From: Octopus vulgaris
Taxonomy: Eukaryota
Assembly (NCBI GenBank): GCA_951406725.2
Contig: OX597815.1
Coordinates: 162,254,001-162,318,000, forward strand
DNA: 64,000 nucleotides
Reading direction: 5' to 3'
This document shows positions 28,014-41,141 of this stretch, piece after piece. Position 1 is the first letter of the stretch. Each line of letters starts with the position of its first letter. Below the pieces are notes generated by a model that saw only the letters and a list, made by a program, of their open reading frames with translations, was not told the origin of the DNA and ran no database searches. The position numbers and the translations under genes are program-made.

Positions 28014-29545
28014 GTGAGTTTGTTTTTTTTAACTTTTAAACTGCTTCAAAACAATACATACTAGTTTCTTTTGAATAAGTTTTAGTTCAATTCATTAATT
28101 ACTGTAAGCTGAAATTCCTAAAGCTTGTAGATAGCTGTTCATAAGGGGATTTCACATCAATTGAATATCTTGTTTCAGCTTGGGGTGAAAATTTTCTGTG
28201 TTAAGAACCATATGTTCCATGTCTATGCACAGTTCTGTTCAGATTAAAATATTCATATAAAAAATCATACTTGAATACCATTAAGTTATGACTGTTTAGA
28301 ATGATTTAAATTCCAATTTTATGTTTTTGAAGTTTAATTCAGCAATATGGCTCCTTTTTAAAATATATTTTACTTACCTCTGTGTGGAACATAAGCTGAC
28401 ATCTGTTACAGGCCGTGAAACTAGAAATACCCTTCCTAAAATTACATATGATCAACTTCACAAAACTCATTTAACTTCAGCTGGAAAAAGAATTCATTTT
28501 GAACAGCTAAAAACTGGAAATGTATTGAGTTGGCCAGGATAGTTTAAATATTATGCTTTTTTTTTTTTTTTTGTCCTTTCCCTATTGATCTGGCCAACAC
28601 CTCTACTGCGTGGGTCTAATCAGGACTGAAGCCTACCTGGAGTTATTACCATGTCTATCAATGTTCAGGCTATTCTTTCTCATAACAATATTGTCTATTT
28701 CTAATTTTAAATTATGTGTCTGTGACAACTCACAGTGAGTTATGGCTACAATTGGTGACAATGGCATTTCCTGCTAACAAATTGTAGTCCCATGCTTTCA
28801 AATTCCTCTGGAGTAAAAAGAAAAAAGAAAAAAATGCTTTGCTTAGAAATGAGCTAAGGGTTGGCAATAGGGAAGAGAGTTTCTGGCCATCATTACTATC
28901 TTGATTACACCCCACCTTAGCCATACTAATATGAAATAAGGGATATTAAACTAAATGAGATTTTCTTCTCAGTCCATTAAAAGAAGAAGAAGAAGAAAAA
29001 AATGAAATGAAATGTTGGTTGATTTTAGCATTTTTTAGTATTTTTCCCCCTTCAGAATTATCACATTCAAGGTGTTGTGGTCATTGGCTGTAAGCACATG
29101 TTTTACTATATCAATCGTAGTTTGATGTCCTACTGTTCTGGTTTCAAATCCAATTGATACCATAATCATTCTTCCCAAAGCAAAGACTGAATAGTTAAGA
29201 TATTAATTCTCCAGAGCATAAAGAGGTCTTTTGTTCTGTCTACTTAACACATTTTCTTCCTCCATTAGTTGAATACTTTACCTCTTTAGCATTCAGATTA
29301 CTCTGTCAAATGTAACACTTTTTATTCTATTCATGTTGTTTTGAATTAATCATGCATCACCTCATAGCTTCATGTTTTTGATGATGTGGTTGTTAATTAT
29401 TAATATGGCATTGTAGAGTAGGTGTGATAGGCCAGATTTGGTTGGTCTAAACATGGAACTCCTCAAGAAGGCTAATTTTAATTGTTGTTTATCTTTATGA
29501 CTTGATAGCTGAATGCTATAATCATTTTCTTTTTTTCTTCTCCAG

Positions 29546-29875
29546 CACGAAGGAAATCAAGCCAACTGGGTCGTTTATGCGCCACATATACAAAAAGGTC
29601 CATAAAAACTCTAATGCTATGTCTTTGAATAAAACTCCAAGTGCAATAAACCAATCATGGTCTGGCCATGGTTCCCATCACTTATCCCACCACTCTGGGG
29701 TATCAGGCAACTCTGGTAGTCATTCCAATTCTGTTGGTAATGGATATTCTAGCCAGAGTAGACTACCATCTTTACACTCTTCATCGTCACCGCATACTGG
29801 AACTGGTTTTTCTCATTCAGGGAGCAGCATAAAAAGAAATGCTCATAAATCAGCTATTGTTGATGAACCATATCG
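29546..29875 (+). CDS. ELL: ELL window exon 4 (Ser/Gly/His-rich low-complexity linker)
   Basis: TCTCCAG/GTTAGT; 330 nt, TKEIKPTGSFMR...AIVDEPY, phase 2 to 2; lies inside ORF 29502..29912. Confidence 0.93.
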
Positions 29876-30316
29876 GTTAGTGTCAAAATTTAATTTCACT
29901 CTTTATATATAAATATATATACAACATTGCATTATATGTATGTGTTTGTGTAATGTCTATGAATGATTGCTACCTACACTGGGCTACAAACAACGAAGTC
30001 AGCTTTTGTATTTGTTTTAAGAAACCTGTTGTGTTATGTATGCATGAGTGTATGAGAGGTGAGAGAAAGAGAGCATGTCCTTATTTTGTTTTGATGTTGT
30101 TGAAATATCCTGTCAAATCCTCCACTAGCTCTGATTTTGAATTTCATGTAAAATGGCTAAGGTTTGATGACTGGAGGAGCACATGACTGTAAAAGTCCTG
30201 CTTTAATTCACCTACCATCTAATCCATTATAGCATGGAACTGTGTTTGTGTCTTTCAGTTGTTTTTTTCACCTTCTACTGTGTTACTAATAATTTGTTCC
30301 TCAAATTTAATTTCAG

Positions 30317-30387
30317 TGATAGAATTATTCATTTATTGGCTCTACGACCTTATAATAAGGCTGAGTTGCTGCTACGGTTGAAAAAAG
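30317..30387 (+). CDS. ELL: ELL window exon 5
   Basis: TTTCAG/GTAAGA; (R)DRIIHLLALRPYNKAELLLRLKK is the diagnostic ELL motif RDR..HLLAL.PY.K.ELL.RL. Confidence 0.97.
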
Positions 30388-31091
30388 GTAAGACATTCTT
30401 TTTTTTTTTTTTTTGGGATTTTTTTCTATTTTTGTTTTCGAATTTGTTTCAGTTGTTGCTAAATAAATAATAATGCATCTAAAATATTTGAATCTTGAAC
30501 TGAATGATTAACTAATTCATACATAAATATCATTAACATCATCACTGTTTTAATGCCAGCATTTCCTTGCTTGCACAAGAGCAGATTTTTAATGGCTGGG
30601 TACTTTACTTGTTGCCAACAAGATATCCACTTGTTTGGAAACAAGCTAATATATTCACTTATTCCTTGAAACAACACAGCTCAATGCACAAATGTTTTTT
30701 ATTTTATTTTTTTGTGATATTATAAAACAACACTGCTTCTATGAATGATAGCTTTTCCTATCAGCATGCAGATGTCCAAAACAAGGTGGGAACACATTCT
30801 CTCTCTAAACCCTCATACACTCACAAGATGGACTCTTTACAGTTTCTGCAGCGGTCAGCCTGTGGTTATAGTAGATGACCACCAGCCAGCAGTGCTGCAC
30901 ACTGGAAACAAGCCCTCAATTACTTGGTTCTGCTGTGAACTTCTTAACCATACCCGAATTATGATCTGCTTCATAAAAAATTTGAAATAGAAGAATTAAA
31001 CTGTGTTGTAGTAAACTATTTGTTAAAAAAAAAATAAATAAATATTCCTTTCTTTATTTTTCAATTGTTCTTTTCAAATTTTTAATTTCAG

Positions 31092-31251
31092 ATGGTATAC
31101 TTGATAAGGATAAAGAATGTTTAGCATCTATATTAGATGATGTTGCCTCACAATATAAAGATAATAAATATACTTTGGCCAAACACGTATTGAGTGAAGT
31201 GCGGTTAGAATGGCCCTATTACTCAGACGGGGAGCGTCAGTTAGTTCGAAG
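31092..31251 (+). CDS. ELL: ELL window exon 6
   Basis: TTTCAG/GTAGGT; (D)GILDKDKECLASILDDVASQYKDNKYTLAKHVLSEVRLEWPYYSDGERQLVR contains the ELL WP.YS motif; phase 1 to 2. Confidence 0.96.
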
Positions 31252-32409
31252 GTAGGTTGTTTTACAATTTTCATACTCCTACAATTTTAAATAGGTTTGA
31301 ATTTTCATTTTGCTTTTTTCCTCCTGCCCCAAATTGTAACTAAGCTCTCTAATGAAAATATATATATATTATCATTATCATTTAACGTTCATTGTCCATT
31401 CTGGCATGGGTTGGATGGCTTGATCAGAGCTGGGGAGCTGCACCAGACTCCAGTCTGATTTGGCATGGTTTCTACAGCCCTTCCTAACAGTTGTCCCCTC
31501 CTGAGATTGCTTCCAAGTCCTACTCCACACATCCAAGATCAAATTGCAGGTTTATTCTGTACTGTCATTGGATGAAGAACTCCTTTTATATTGCACCTTT
31601 TGGTGGTCTTAGCACCGAGCTGGTATTTATATTTAAGTCAAGAAAGCCCATTGTCATCTGCTGTCCAAATTCCATAGTAAGAGGACTGCTTTGACAGTAT
31701 TTCCACTACTAAATGCTTTTCTTAATACCAATCATTTAACATATAGTTTTTACCTCAACTCTGATAAGTATGTCTTTTTGATCATGCAGACTAGTGACAT
31801 AGGGGGAAATCTTCAGTCACAGTAAACAATTTTGCATAAGAATGAAGAGCCAATAACCTGCCTGAGAATAACAGCTAACTCGTACCATACTGTCTTTGAA
31901 AATGGAAGATCAGATTTTATAATATTGTTTTATATACGCTAAAACTGAAAGAAAAAAATGCATCTTGTATTTTTGATCATGGGTCTGTTCTGTCTGTAGG
32001 CTTGGAACTAAAACCTGATTCAAGGAAATATGGGAAGTATTAAAATTAATGTGTTGACTGCTGTGAATAGTCATGCGTTTTCGCAAAAGAAACACTTCTG
32101 TACTTCCTGTTTATTATATGTTCACAGCTAATCTTTAAAGTGCAAATGTAATATTGAATTAGGTTTGTTATTTATAAACCTTTTCACATCTGCTGTGAGA
32201 GAGTTAGAACTAGACTGCTGGACATGTCTTTTCTCCTTTACCTCTTTCTGAAACTTTCAAGTTTGGCAACTACAGTGAGCTCAGCACCATCTCTGAAAGC
32301 TTTTTGCCTACTTAGGACTGACTTACCTATGCTTGACTGCCATTAGTACAGAATACTTTTCCGTCTCAGTCTTTAAAATTCCAGTAAGCCAACAAAGCTA
32401 GCCCTGCAT

Positions 32410-32565
32410 GGTCACTCCATTTGCTAGAAATAGCAACCAACATTTCGCAAATCACACCCAGTCATCCTAAAAAGAGAAGTACACGTTGAATAGTGTAGTC
32501 CTAGATTCAACAGTCATGACAAGAATGCTTTTAATCATAGGTCTTTTGGGGCTTAACAACAACTG
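32410..32565 (+). repeat. Abundant old interspersed repeat (TGCTAGAAATAGC...GATCATAGGTCT...GGGGCTAAACAACAAC family)
   Basis: Many decayed copies, e.g. ~3465, 4250, 9225, 9455, 13195, 21535, 31870, 34565, 34930, 47870(-), 53390(-). Confidence 0.65.
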
Positions 32566-33843
32566 CAACTACATAGCATTCACATGCCATGCAACATCAT
32601 TGTTGCTAATTGTTCAATTTCTCCAAATTCTTTCAGGAAATATCATTTTAACCATTCAGTAACTATTTTTCATAAAATGTTTAGGTCAAAATTTTAAATT
32701 CTTTTGTTACCATATTTCTTATGAAAACACATTGTATGCATTTCATTTGATTTTGAGAATAATGAATAATTCGTAAAAATAACTTTTACATTATTGAATG
32801 GGTGCTTGGAGCAGAACTACCATATTTGCCATTGTATCAGATACATCCCTACTTGTAGGAAAAAACAAATTTAATGTTTCCTCATGCACTGTGTCTCATG
32901 CATAAACATATCTTATACACTGGGATAGATAGTACATAAAAAGATTTAAATATGAACACTAAAACAAGTGGGTTTTGTCTCACAAAATCCTTGCAGTCTT
33001 GGATTGGTTGATATTGATATTTAGCATTTAAAGTGGCCATATCTAGCCTGAATACTGTTTTGTTACTAAAACTACCCAGATCCAGCCTCTCACGCCTACC
33101 CTGTGATGTCATTCTAAAAATAAGCAATTGCATCATCAAAATCAAAAAGCTACAAAACAATGTGAATAAATAAGCATTACATTTGACCAAGTAATCTGAA
33201 TGCTAAAGGGGTTGAACTGCTTGGGAAAAGCAGAAATTCTTTTTTTTTTTAATATGTAGTTTGACCCTTTGGAGAAGTCATTACGAGAATGATAGAATTA
33301 TCTTGACTTGCAGGGTAGCCGTAAAGATGATATGGTGGAATCTTTTTTCTTTTTTTTTTATATCTGTTAAGATTGTAAACTTAGCACTTAATTGAATGAA
33401 CACCATGCCTTGATTTTTCAAGATTTTATTATTTTTCAATGCTCTTAGTTTTTGTTTTTCTGTTGTATTGTAAATAGAAACACTATCAATTCTAAGTATA
33501 ATTAGGCTTTTTAATCCTTCCTCAACTGCTTTAACTGAAGCCAATTTTTAGGTATCTTTTAAAAATCATAGTAACTTATCCTATTTGCATACTTAATATA
33601 TATGCAATCTAGTCATTTTGTTGTAAAAGTTTATTCTAACTAATTTTGGTGGTGTGTATATATAAGTTTAGAGGAAAGTAATATTAAATGGAATTTTAAG
33701 TAGTTTAAAAAGATTTTACAGGACGATTATTCTCAGAGCAACATGCAACATATATTCGTCATCAATTATTGCTCTGATGGCTATGTATATAACTCCAAAG
33801 TATTATTTCCATAGTGTATTCAATGTCATTTTATCTTTATCAG

Positions 33844-33955
33844 GAGAATAGCAACTGATGGTCGGAGTGCTTCAAATTCTCCCGAAGAGTCATCACCTCA
33901 TCACAATAACAGCCTGCCTACTAGCTGTAGTCCTTATGGGGCAAACAATTTACAA
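33844..33955 (+). CDS. ELL: ELL window exon 7
   Basis: TTTATCAG/GTTAGT; RIATDGRSASNSPEESSPHHNNSLPTSCSPYGANNLQ; phase 2 to 0 links its neighbours in frame. Confidence 0.85.
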
Positions 33956-34105
33956 GTTAGTATCATTCAGTACTCGGTTTATGTTTTCTGTGCTGTACAT
34001 TAGTTCACTTTCATTATTTATTTTATTAATCTTAGTAATAGTTATAATAAGCATTTTACCAGTTTCAATTTCTGGGTATATTTTGAGCAATTTTGCATTC
34101 TTCAG

Positions 34106-34373
34106 AAGCGAATGCCTGACAGTTCAGCTGTCGATGGTAATTTTCATCCTCCAAAGAAACTACGGGTTTCACCTCCCATGTTGGGAGACAAACAAATGAA
34201 CGGGACTGTTAAGAAACCATCCGCAAAAATCGAAAACCACTCAGCTTCCAATAACGTCGCAAACAACATTTTAACTAATGGCCTGAACAAAACAGCTGAT
34301 CAGAACCAGACTCATCAAAATTCTAGAAGCAACTACAGTGATCATCAAGCTGTTGTGTCCAGCAAAAATGAAG
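34106..34373 (+). CDS. ELL: ELL window exon 8 (bipartite NLS-like KR..PKKLR)
   Basis: TTCTTCAG/GTATGT; KRMPDSSAVDGNFHPPKKLRVS...SSKNE; phase 0 to 1. Confidence 0.9.
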
Positions 34374-35225
34374 GTATGTATTCTACTTCAGATTTCCACA
34401 TTACGGGTTGTTGTTGGGGTTTGTTTTTGTTTTTAATTTTATTTCTTTGCTTTCATAGAAAGAGTGTCTAGTAGTTAATTTATTGATGTATTGGGGGAGT
34501 ACAAGTGCCATCACAATAGATGCAAAGTATGTGTTTGCTCATATGTGCAAGGCACTAGTTGCTTGATTTCTCAGCCCTGATGGAAAAAGAAGCTAAATTT
34601 CTCTTAAATCATTTTGTTTAATGTAGTGTTAAGTATTAAGTAAATACCTCTAAAATGATATAGTCACTGCTGGAATGCTTTTGATCATAAAGTAATTCAG
34701 GGTTGAGTTGGAGTTTAATAATACCATAATACATGGACTACATTTGCTGTTCAGATCTTACTAAATGCTGTCTGGAATTGGTTTAGTGATTAAAAATTAA
34801 ACACGTTTGTTTGGTTGTTTGTTTTAAATTATACCTGGTGGTTAAAAAAAAAGTCCTAGTTGGTCATAATGTCTCTGCTATTGAGGAAAGTTGTGCTTGT
34901 GTATTAATTTTTTTTTTTAACTCCCCAAAATAGCAGCTTTACCTCTCACATTTCACACTTCACTATCTTTAAAAGTGCAAGGTTACTTTGGCTTTAGTTA
35001 CTGTTACTAATTTGGGAACTTTCTCGAGAAAAAGAAAAAAAAAAATGTTTATGACTGGAATATTTTTTGACCAACAAACACTATGCTTGATCTGGGGTTA
35101 AAGAACAGCTACAACTAAAAATACTTGATTATTTTAGCAAACACTTGAGAGCCTCTTTTGATTTTTTATTTTGTTTGTATATTTTATTTTATATCTTATA
35201 TGATCGTATAATTTTATTATTTCAG

Positions 35226-35277
35226 AAATACCTTCTCCTTCGTCTTCACCAGACAATGATACTTCTAACTATCTAAA
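35226..35277 (+). CDS. ELL: ELL window exon 9
   Basis: TTTTCAG/GTAAGT; (E)IPSPSSSPDNDTSNYL; phase 1 to 2; supplies the YL before the occludin domain. Confidence 0.9.
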
Positions 35278-35386
35278 GTAAGTTCCTGACAGTTCATTCA
35301 AATTTTTTTTTGCTAGAGATTTCTTCAAATTTATTTGATTTACTTATTAGGCTAGTTTTCCTAAACTGTGAATCTTTTTCTTTCAG

Positions 35387-35558
35387 TAAATATTCTGTGA
35401 TATGTCGTGATAGTCAACGCCAGGAATATAAAAATGACTTCAATGTCGACTATTTTGAATACCAACAATTATATATCGCTATTAACAAAGTCTCCCAGAA
35501 ATTTCTGGATTGGAATAGCCAAATGAAGAAGGTCTCAAAGGGGTCTCCAGATTACGAG
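35387..35558 (+). CDS. ELL: ELL window exon 10 (occludin/ELL domain, first half)
   Basis: TTTCAG/GTAAAA; KYSVICRDSQRQEYKNDFNVDYFEYQQLYIAINKVSQKFLDWNSQMKKVSKGSPDYE fits the occludin-homology consensus QR..YK.DF...Y.EY..L. Confidence 0.97.
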
Positions 35559-36290
35559 GTAAAATACATTGCTGTTTTTTTTTTACTCCAGTTAATTATT
35601 CTTGAGTTCAAACTGGTCAGATTTGACCCCTCACTCCTAACCTACACTATCATATTAAAAATAATCATGTCATTGAAATCTTGAAGATATAAAATAATAC
35701 ATGATTAATTCAAATCAGTTTGCCTTATTATTACCTGTGACAGAATAATCAGGTAAAGGGTTAAGTTTTGGAAGTGATAATGGTACTGTTGCTTTATTTA
35801 TGAAAAGCCAACTGTATAATAAAATCTATGCAAGGACTGTAATAGTTGTGAACACGACTAGTCTGCTACATTTCGAAAGCAAATTGAATATGATTCATTA
35901 GATGGGTATTGTTTACTTGGATAAAAAATGTTATGAGTGCAAGTAAATTGTTACTGTGCATACAGTTGACATTTAGAATACTTATTGAATTAATAATAAT
36001 AATGCATGGCCATGGGTTAAGTTTTCCTTCTCAACCACTTGGTTCCAGGTTCAGTCCCACTGCTTGGCATCTTGAGGCAAATGTCTTCTGTTATAACCCC
36101 AAATTGACCAAAGTCTTGTGACTGCCCCAAAATTTCTGTAAAAATATTTTTGTCTTTACAGAGACTTTATTCAAATTATTCTGTCATTTATTAAAATTTT
36201 TAGTTTTTTTTCTGTTCTGATTTTTCAGTATATTTTTTTCTTTACTTATGCCATTTATTTATTATTTTTTTATTTTTTATTTTTTTTCAG

Positions 36291-36452
36291 AAACTGGAGA
36301 GGAAAATATTTAAAGAATATGAACTAACTAAAAACAACACAAAATTTATGGAAACTAAAATTAGATTTGAATTCCTACACCGCAAATTGAGACATATAAA
36401 AAAGTTGGTTTCAGATTATGACCAAAAGCAAATGGCTATGATGAGATCCTAA
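36291..36452 (+). CDS. ELL: ELL window exon 11 (terminal coding exon, occludin/ELL domain end)
   Basis: Very long T tract + CAG; KLERKIFKEYELTKNNTKFMETKIRFEFLHRKLRHIKKLVSDYDQKQMAMMRS*, TAA at 36450-36452. The 11 exons total 1611 nt = 537 codons. Confidence 0.97.
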   Translation, partial: KLERKIFKEYELTKNNTKFMETKIRFEFLHRKLRHIKKLVSDYDQKQMAMMRS

Positions 36453-37795
36453 CATTGGCTCTTTGGCTTTCTTTTCTGACCCTTCTTTATGCTATGGCGA
36501 TTCTAGACCTTTTTCACTGTCAAATGACCAGCTAATTGTTGGACTTTGGATTTACTAAGTCACTAATTAAAAAAACTTCAGCCAAACACTTTTTGGCTAT
36601 AAATTTGCATATAAAAAATGGAAAAAAAAATGAAAAATAGAAAACAACAAAAAATGGGGATAAACCCTGTTCTTTCCTATATAATGCTAAAAGTAAAAGG
36701 AAAAAAAGAAAAAGTAGTAAAAAAAAAAGCATTAAGTAATTTTAACTGTTCAAATACAAAACAAAAACTAAAAACAACAGAAAGCAAGAGTGAAGGTGTG
36801 ATTGCAAATTTCTCTCAAGATCTTGCTCTGTCAAAAATCTTATTTGGGTTACCTAATGGTGAGCAGAGTAGTTTTTGAATGATAGCTAAGCTATCTTATG
36901 TTTCATACATTTAATGCATACACTAATCTATAAAAGAAAAAAAAATATCTTTTTACAGAATTGTGTGTGTATGTGTGTGAGTTGTGTGTATGTAAATGTA
37001 TGTTTATTTCTCCGACTGGTTGTCAGTATTTAACTTCCAACTCATTCTGTGATGGTTTTTTTTTTTTGGTCCATTCCTACACCTCTTCCAGTTCCAACTC
37101 CCCTCTTTTTTTTTTTTCCTAGTCTCAAGAGAAAGCTAATTTTTACATACATGCTCAAAAAAACGAAGAAAGAATAATATTAATTAAAAAGTGAGAGAGA
37201 GCGAAAGATTGGCTTGAAGTGAAACCAATTTCTTTTTACATTTTCTTTTCAGATTCTGTTTATTATAAACAAGTTTAATTGGAACATACATTTCCTTCCT
37301 CACTCTCTCTCGCTCATACACGCACACACACACACATGCACACATTCTCTCTCCTGCTCAGTCTTACACAGACATAAATACATGGTACAAACAAAGTGTG
37401 TTGGAATAATAATAATAATAATATAGATCCTCCAAGGATGTTTTTTGTCTTTCAAAAGATTTCTCCCCAACATGTGTACAAATAATAAGCTAACTCATGC
37501 TCTTCCTTTCCTAAGTATAAAACAAAAAAAAAACAATGAAATTTAACAAAAAAAAAATACTAAAATAATATTGGTTTGATTTCTTCCCATGCCCTGCCTT
37601 TTCCCCCCAACTTCCCACTTCCTTCTAGAACCTTGCTGAAATAATTTCTTGAAGTTAAAACAAAAAAATACAAAATTGCAGAAATCATTCTCTGGTTGTG
37701 TGTAAATGCAGATTCAGTTTATTGTTGAGGTTTAAAAAGAATGTTACTTTGCATAACAACTAATAAATTATTGAAAGGAATAGCACGTACGCACA

Positions 37796-37829
<34 letters not shown>

Positions 37830-38599
37830 TCTATAGCTCATTGTGTGCTTGTTTGGCCCCTTCCCTCCTGTTCAATGTTAGATTGATAAAAACCAAATAT
37901 TGACCACACAAAAATTAAAAATAATAAAAAACGACTACTAAAGATTTTCAGAGATTTCTGAAAGAAAAAAAAAGCAAAGAAAGAGTTCTGCATTGATCTG
38001 TTGTATCAATATATCTTCCAAGTTAGATTCCTATCCGTGCTCTTTTTTTTTTTATTTCCTGTTGAGGTACGGGTTTGCTAGGATCTGCTGAACAGACTGT
38101 GATATAGCAAAGCTTTTAGCTCACATATAGTGATGTTGGATAAGATTGTCTCAACCAATCAACTGAATGTAAACTTGAATGTAAAAATGTGTAAAAAAAA
38201 TAAAAAAAGAAAAGGCCACTGGCTTTCTTTTCTCCCATTCACCCCATACACTATTTAAAAGTTGGAATCTATAACCCTAAAACTATTTTTGCTGGCACCT
38301 TCTACCCCCACCCAAACCTAATCTTCTGCCTCCTTCCCATCACACCTCACCTCCCGTCCACTTCTGTAATTAGATAACAAGTCCTGAAAAGCTAGCTAGG
38401 AATGAATCTCCCAATAGAATATATATTAAAATTTAATTTTTAATCTCAAAGTGTAATTTTTTTTTTTTTGTGAGTTTATTTAAATTATATATACTCTTAT
38501 TTATTTAAATCACCTAAACTATCTGTTTCCATCTCTTAAAAAGCAACAAATTAAACATTTTTTTTTTTTTTTTGTTACTGACATGTAAAAAAAAACAAA

Positions 38600-39962
38600 A
38601 AACACTGATTCCTACCAAATTTCTAATGCTAATTTCAGATCTGATATCTAAATTTCCCTATCTCGTCCAGATTTTGTGTAAATGAAAACCCATACTTTTC
38701 ATTTTCTCTCACCCACTTCTATTACAGAAGCTGTCTAATCTACTTTACCATGCTGCGTTTTATGTCAAGCATACTTAAATGATTAGTGAACAGGGATGAA
38801 AGCTTTTCATTGCCATTGTACAGTAATACAGCTTTATGGTTAGCTGTGCTAGAGTCAGTAAACAGTCTCCATTCTTTTGGATCATAGTGAAAGCCAATCT
38901 TTTCCATCAGGCCACTGATATCATGACAGAAACAAACGTTTTCCTCCAGTAAACAAAATAATGAAAACTGCAAATGACGATATTGGAAATGGGGAACTTT
39001 GGTGTTTGAAGTCTGGAACCAGGCAACTCTTCCATTTTTTTTTTTGGTAACTCCAAATTGCACACTAAATCATTTAACACCCACTTGACCACACAAATGT
39101 AGGGTACTAGTTGCATCTTTCCCTGTTTCTGCATCAATTGCAGAATCTTCAGATGAACTGCTGTCTGTTGTCATTGCTGGTGGAGTTGTTTGATCGTGTG
39201 GCACTGGTTTTATTGCTGACTCACAGTTTGGGCACACAATTTTTGACTTTTCTTTGGGAAACCTGTAATCTTTGTCAAATATAAATAAACTGAGAATGGC
39301 ATAGCTTTTCTTTTACAATTCATCCCTCTCTTGCTCTCTCTTAACTTAGTCAAAATAATATTTTGTAGGCAAGTTTAATCTTTGTTTTGGCTTAGGTGTG
39401 TATTATTCTCGGATATAGCAGAAGTTGTCTGGGTGATTTACACAAGCACATCTATTTGAATGCATTTTAATTATCCTACAATATCTTGGGAAAAAATGTA
39501 GAAAGTAATAATTATGATGTACAAAGTAAAAAGAAATACACACCATAGTACAAAACAAATGCTATAACAACACGTTACCACAGCCTGTTACTTCATTACC
39601 AGCAGAGAGCTTCAACAAAAGCTTTACTTGACTGTAGTGACTGACCATGGGCTGTTATTACGCTCTTAACTCAGTGTTACCAACTAGGGATAAATTTTTA
39701 TTGATCAAAATAGTTAGAATTTGTATACAGTTGTCAAACAAAAATTGCTTCAACTTTCAAAAGTCAAGTTTCATCTTATGGGCATTAAGCTGATTAAAAC
39801 CAAAATCTAGATGTTGTAGGAAATTTTAGTGAGTAATTTACAGTTTACACAAAATCTAGACATGATAGAAAAAAAATTTAATTTTAGATTTGAAATCGGC
39901 ATATTGAAATTAGCTAAGAACACCCATTTGGTCTTCTGTAACAGAATCCTTGTTGCCTGCTG
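38600..39962 (-). mobile_element. Degenerate Chapaev3-like (CMC) DNA transposon
   Basis: Minus-strand fragments CVNHPDNFCY, LNDLVCNLELPKKKMEELPGSRLQ and FCHDISGLMEKIGFHYDPKEWRLFTDSSTANHKAVLLYNGN, with frameshifts; decayed terminus CTTGTTGCCTGCTG near 39950. Superfamily is from memory of the motifs. Confidence 0.72.
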
Positions 39963-41141
39963 CCATGAAAATATTAAGTGTTGGACATGTTTATGAACTG
40001 TTGGTTTAGATGTGAGGTTACTGTCTACTCTCTTACTATTTTCTTATGGAGGAAGTTGAATTTAAATTGCTGAAATTTATCTATAAATTTATCTGAAGGT
40101 TACATTTTTTATGCCCTTCCGCTTTTTTTCTATTTGGTAGAGAAACCTTAAGTAATTTTTTTTTCTTTTTAGGTTTCTAATATTCAGTGTTTGTTTACTT
40201 TTGACCTTGTTGCAAATTTTATTTCTCGAGCTTTCCCATTTCCCTCCTCCCAACTAGACCTTATTTTTCAATCTTCACTATCAATTTATTCCATTAGTTG
40301 CTGACACTGCCTTAAATTTTCTGTCTGCCATTTTACTTTGATGTGTTGAATTTGCTCTTCAGTAATTTCAGTTCAACTTTCTATTTAGTAGCTTACCCTT
40401 TTTAATTTTGTTTTTCTGCTTTCTCTATTTGACTTATATACATTATATATATATATATATATATATATATAGCTCTACTTTGTGATGCTGCTATTCATTG
40501 AATGACTACTTTAAAAAGACAATCAAAATAATTCTGTCTTGGTTATTCCAACTTTTATTTCAAAATATACAGAACAGAACAAAAAGAAAATACATTTTAG
40601 CTAAATATCAAAGCAAGACTAGCATTTAATTTCAACCCCTCCACTCTTCCAGCTTATTTAATACAGTAAGATAACTGCTTTAGCTTTCCCATTTAGTATT
40701 TCCAAAGATTTTATTAACTTCTAAAAAAAGGTTTGCTATCAAAATATAATTGAAATTTGTATCCATTATAGACAGTCCTATATAACTGGATACCAGTTTC
40801 TGTCTACCTGGATAGATTTATTCAGTATTTACTGAAGAGAGCCACTGACATTGTTTGGCTTGGACCCAAATTTCCTAACTTGAATATGTCATTAGTTGAA
40901 ACATTAATTGTGTGGTAGCCTTATATCTTGCATTAGTTATGTGGTTCCAATGTCAGACATTTTAACCCTTTAGTGTTCAGATTATTCTTAATATCTATGG
41001 AAAAAAAGTTAGTAATCAAATACTTAACAAATTACCATTCCAAAATTAAAACCTGTATCGAAGGTAAATCGTAAAAGTTTCTGCTAATCAAGACCCTTCT
41101 TGAATGTTTCCTGAATGTGGTTCCAATGTCAGACATTTTAA

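Noticed and set aside
33722-33850. Alternative upstream acceptor TTTTACAG for ELL window exon 7
   Set aside because: It adds 122 nt, shifts the frame and reaches TAG near 33848; the 33844 acceptor keeps the frame.
33858-34199. 113-aa hydrophobic ORF
   Set aside because: Out-of-frame read across ELL exon 7, a T-rich intron and exon 8.
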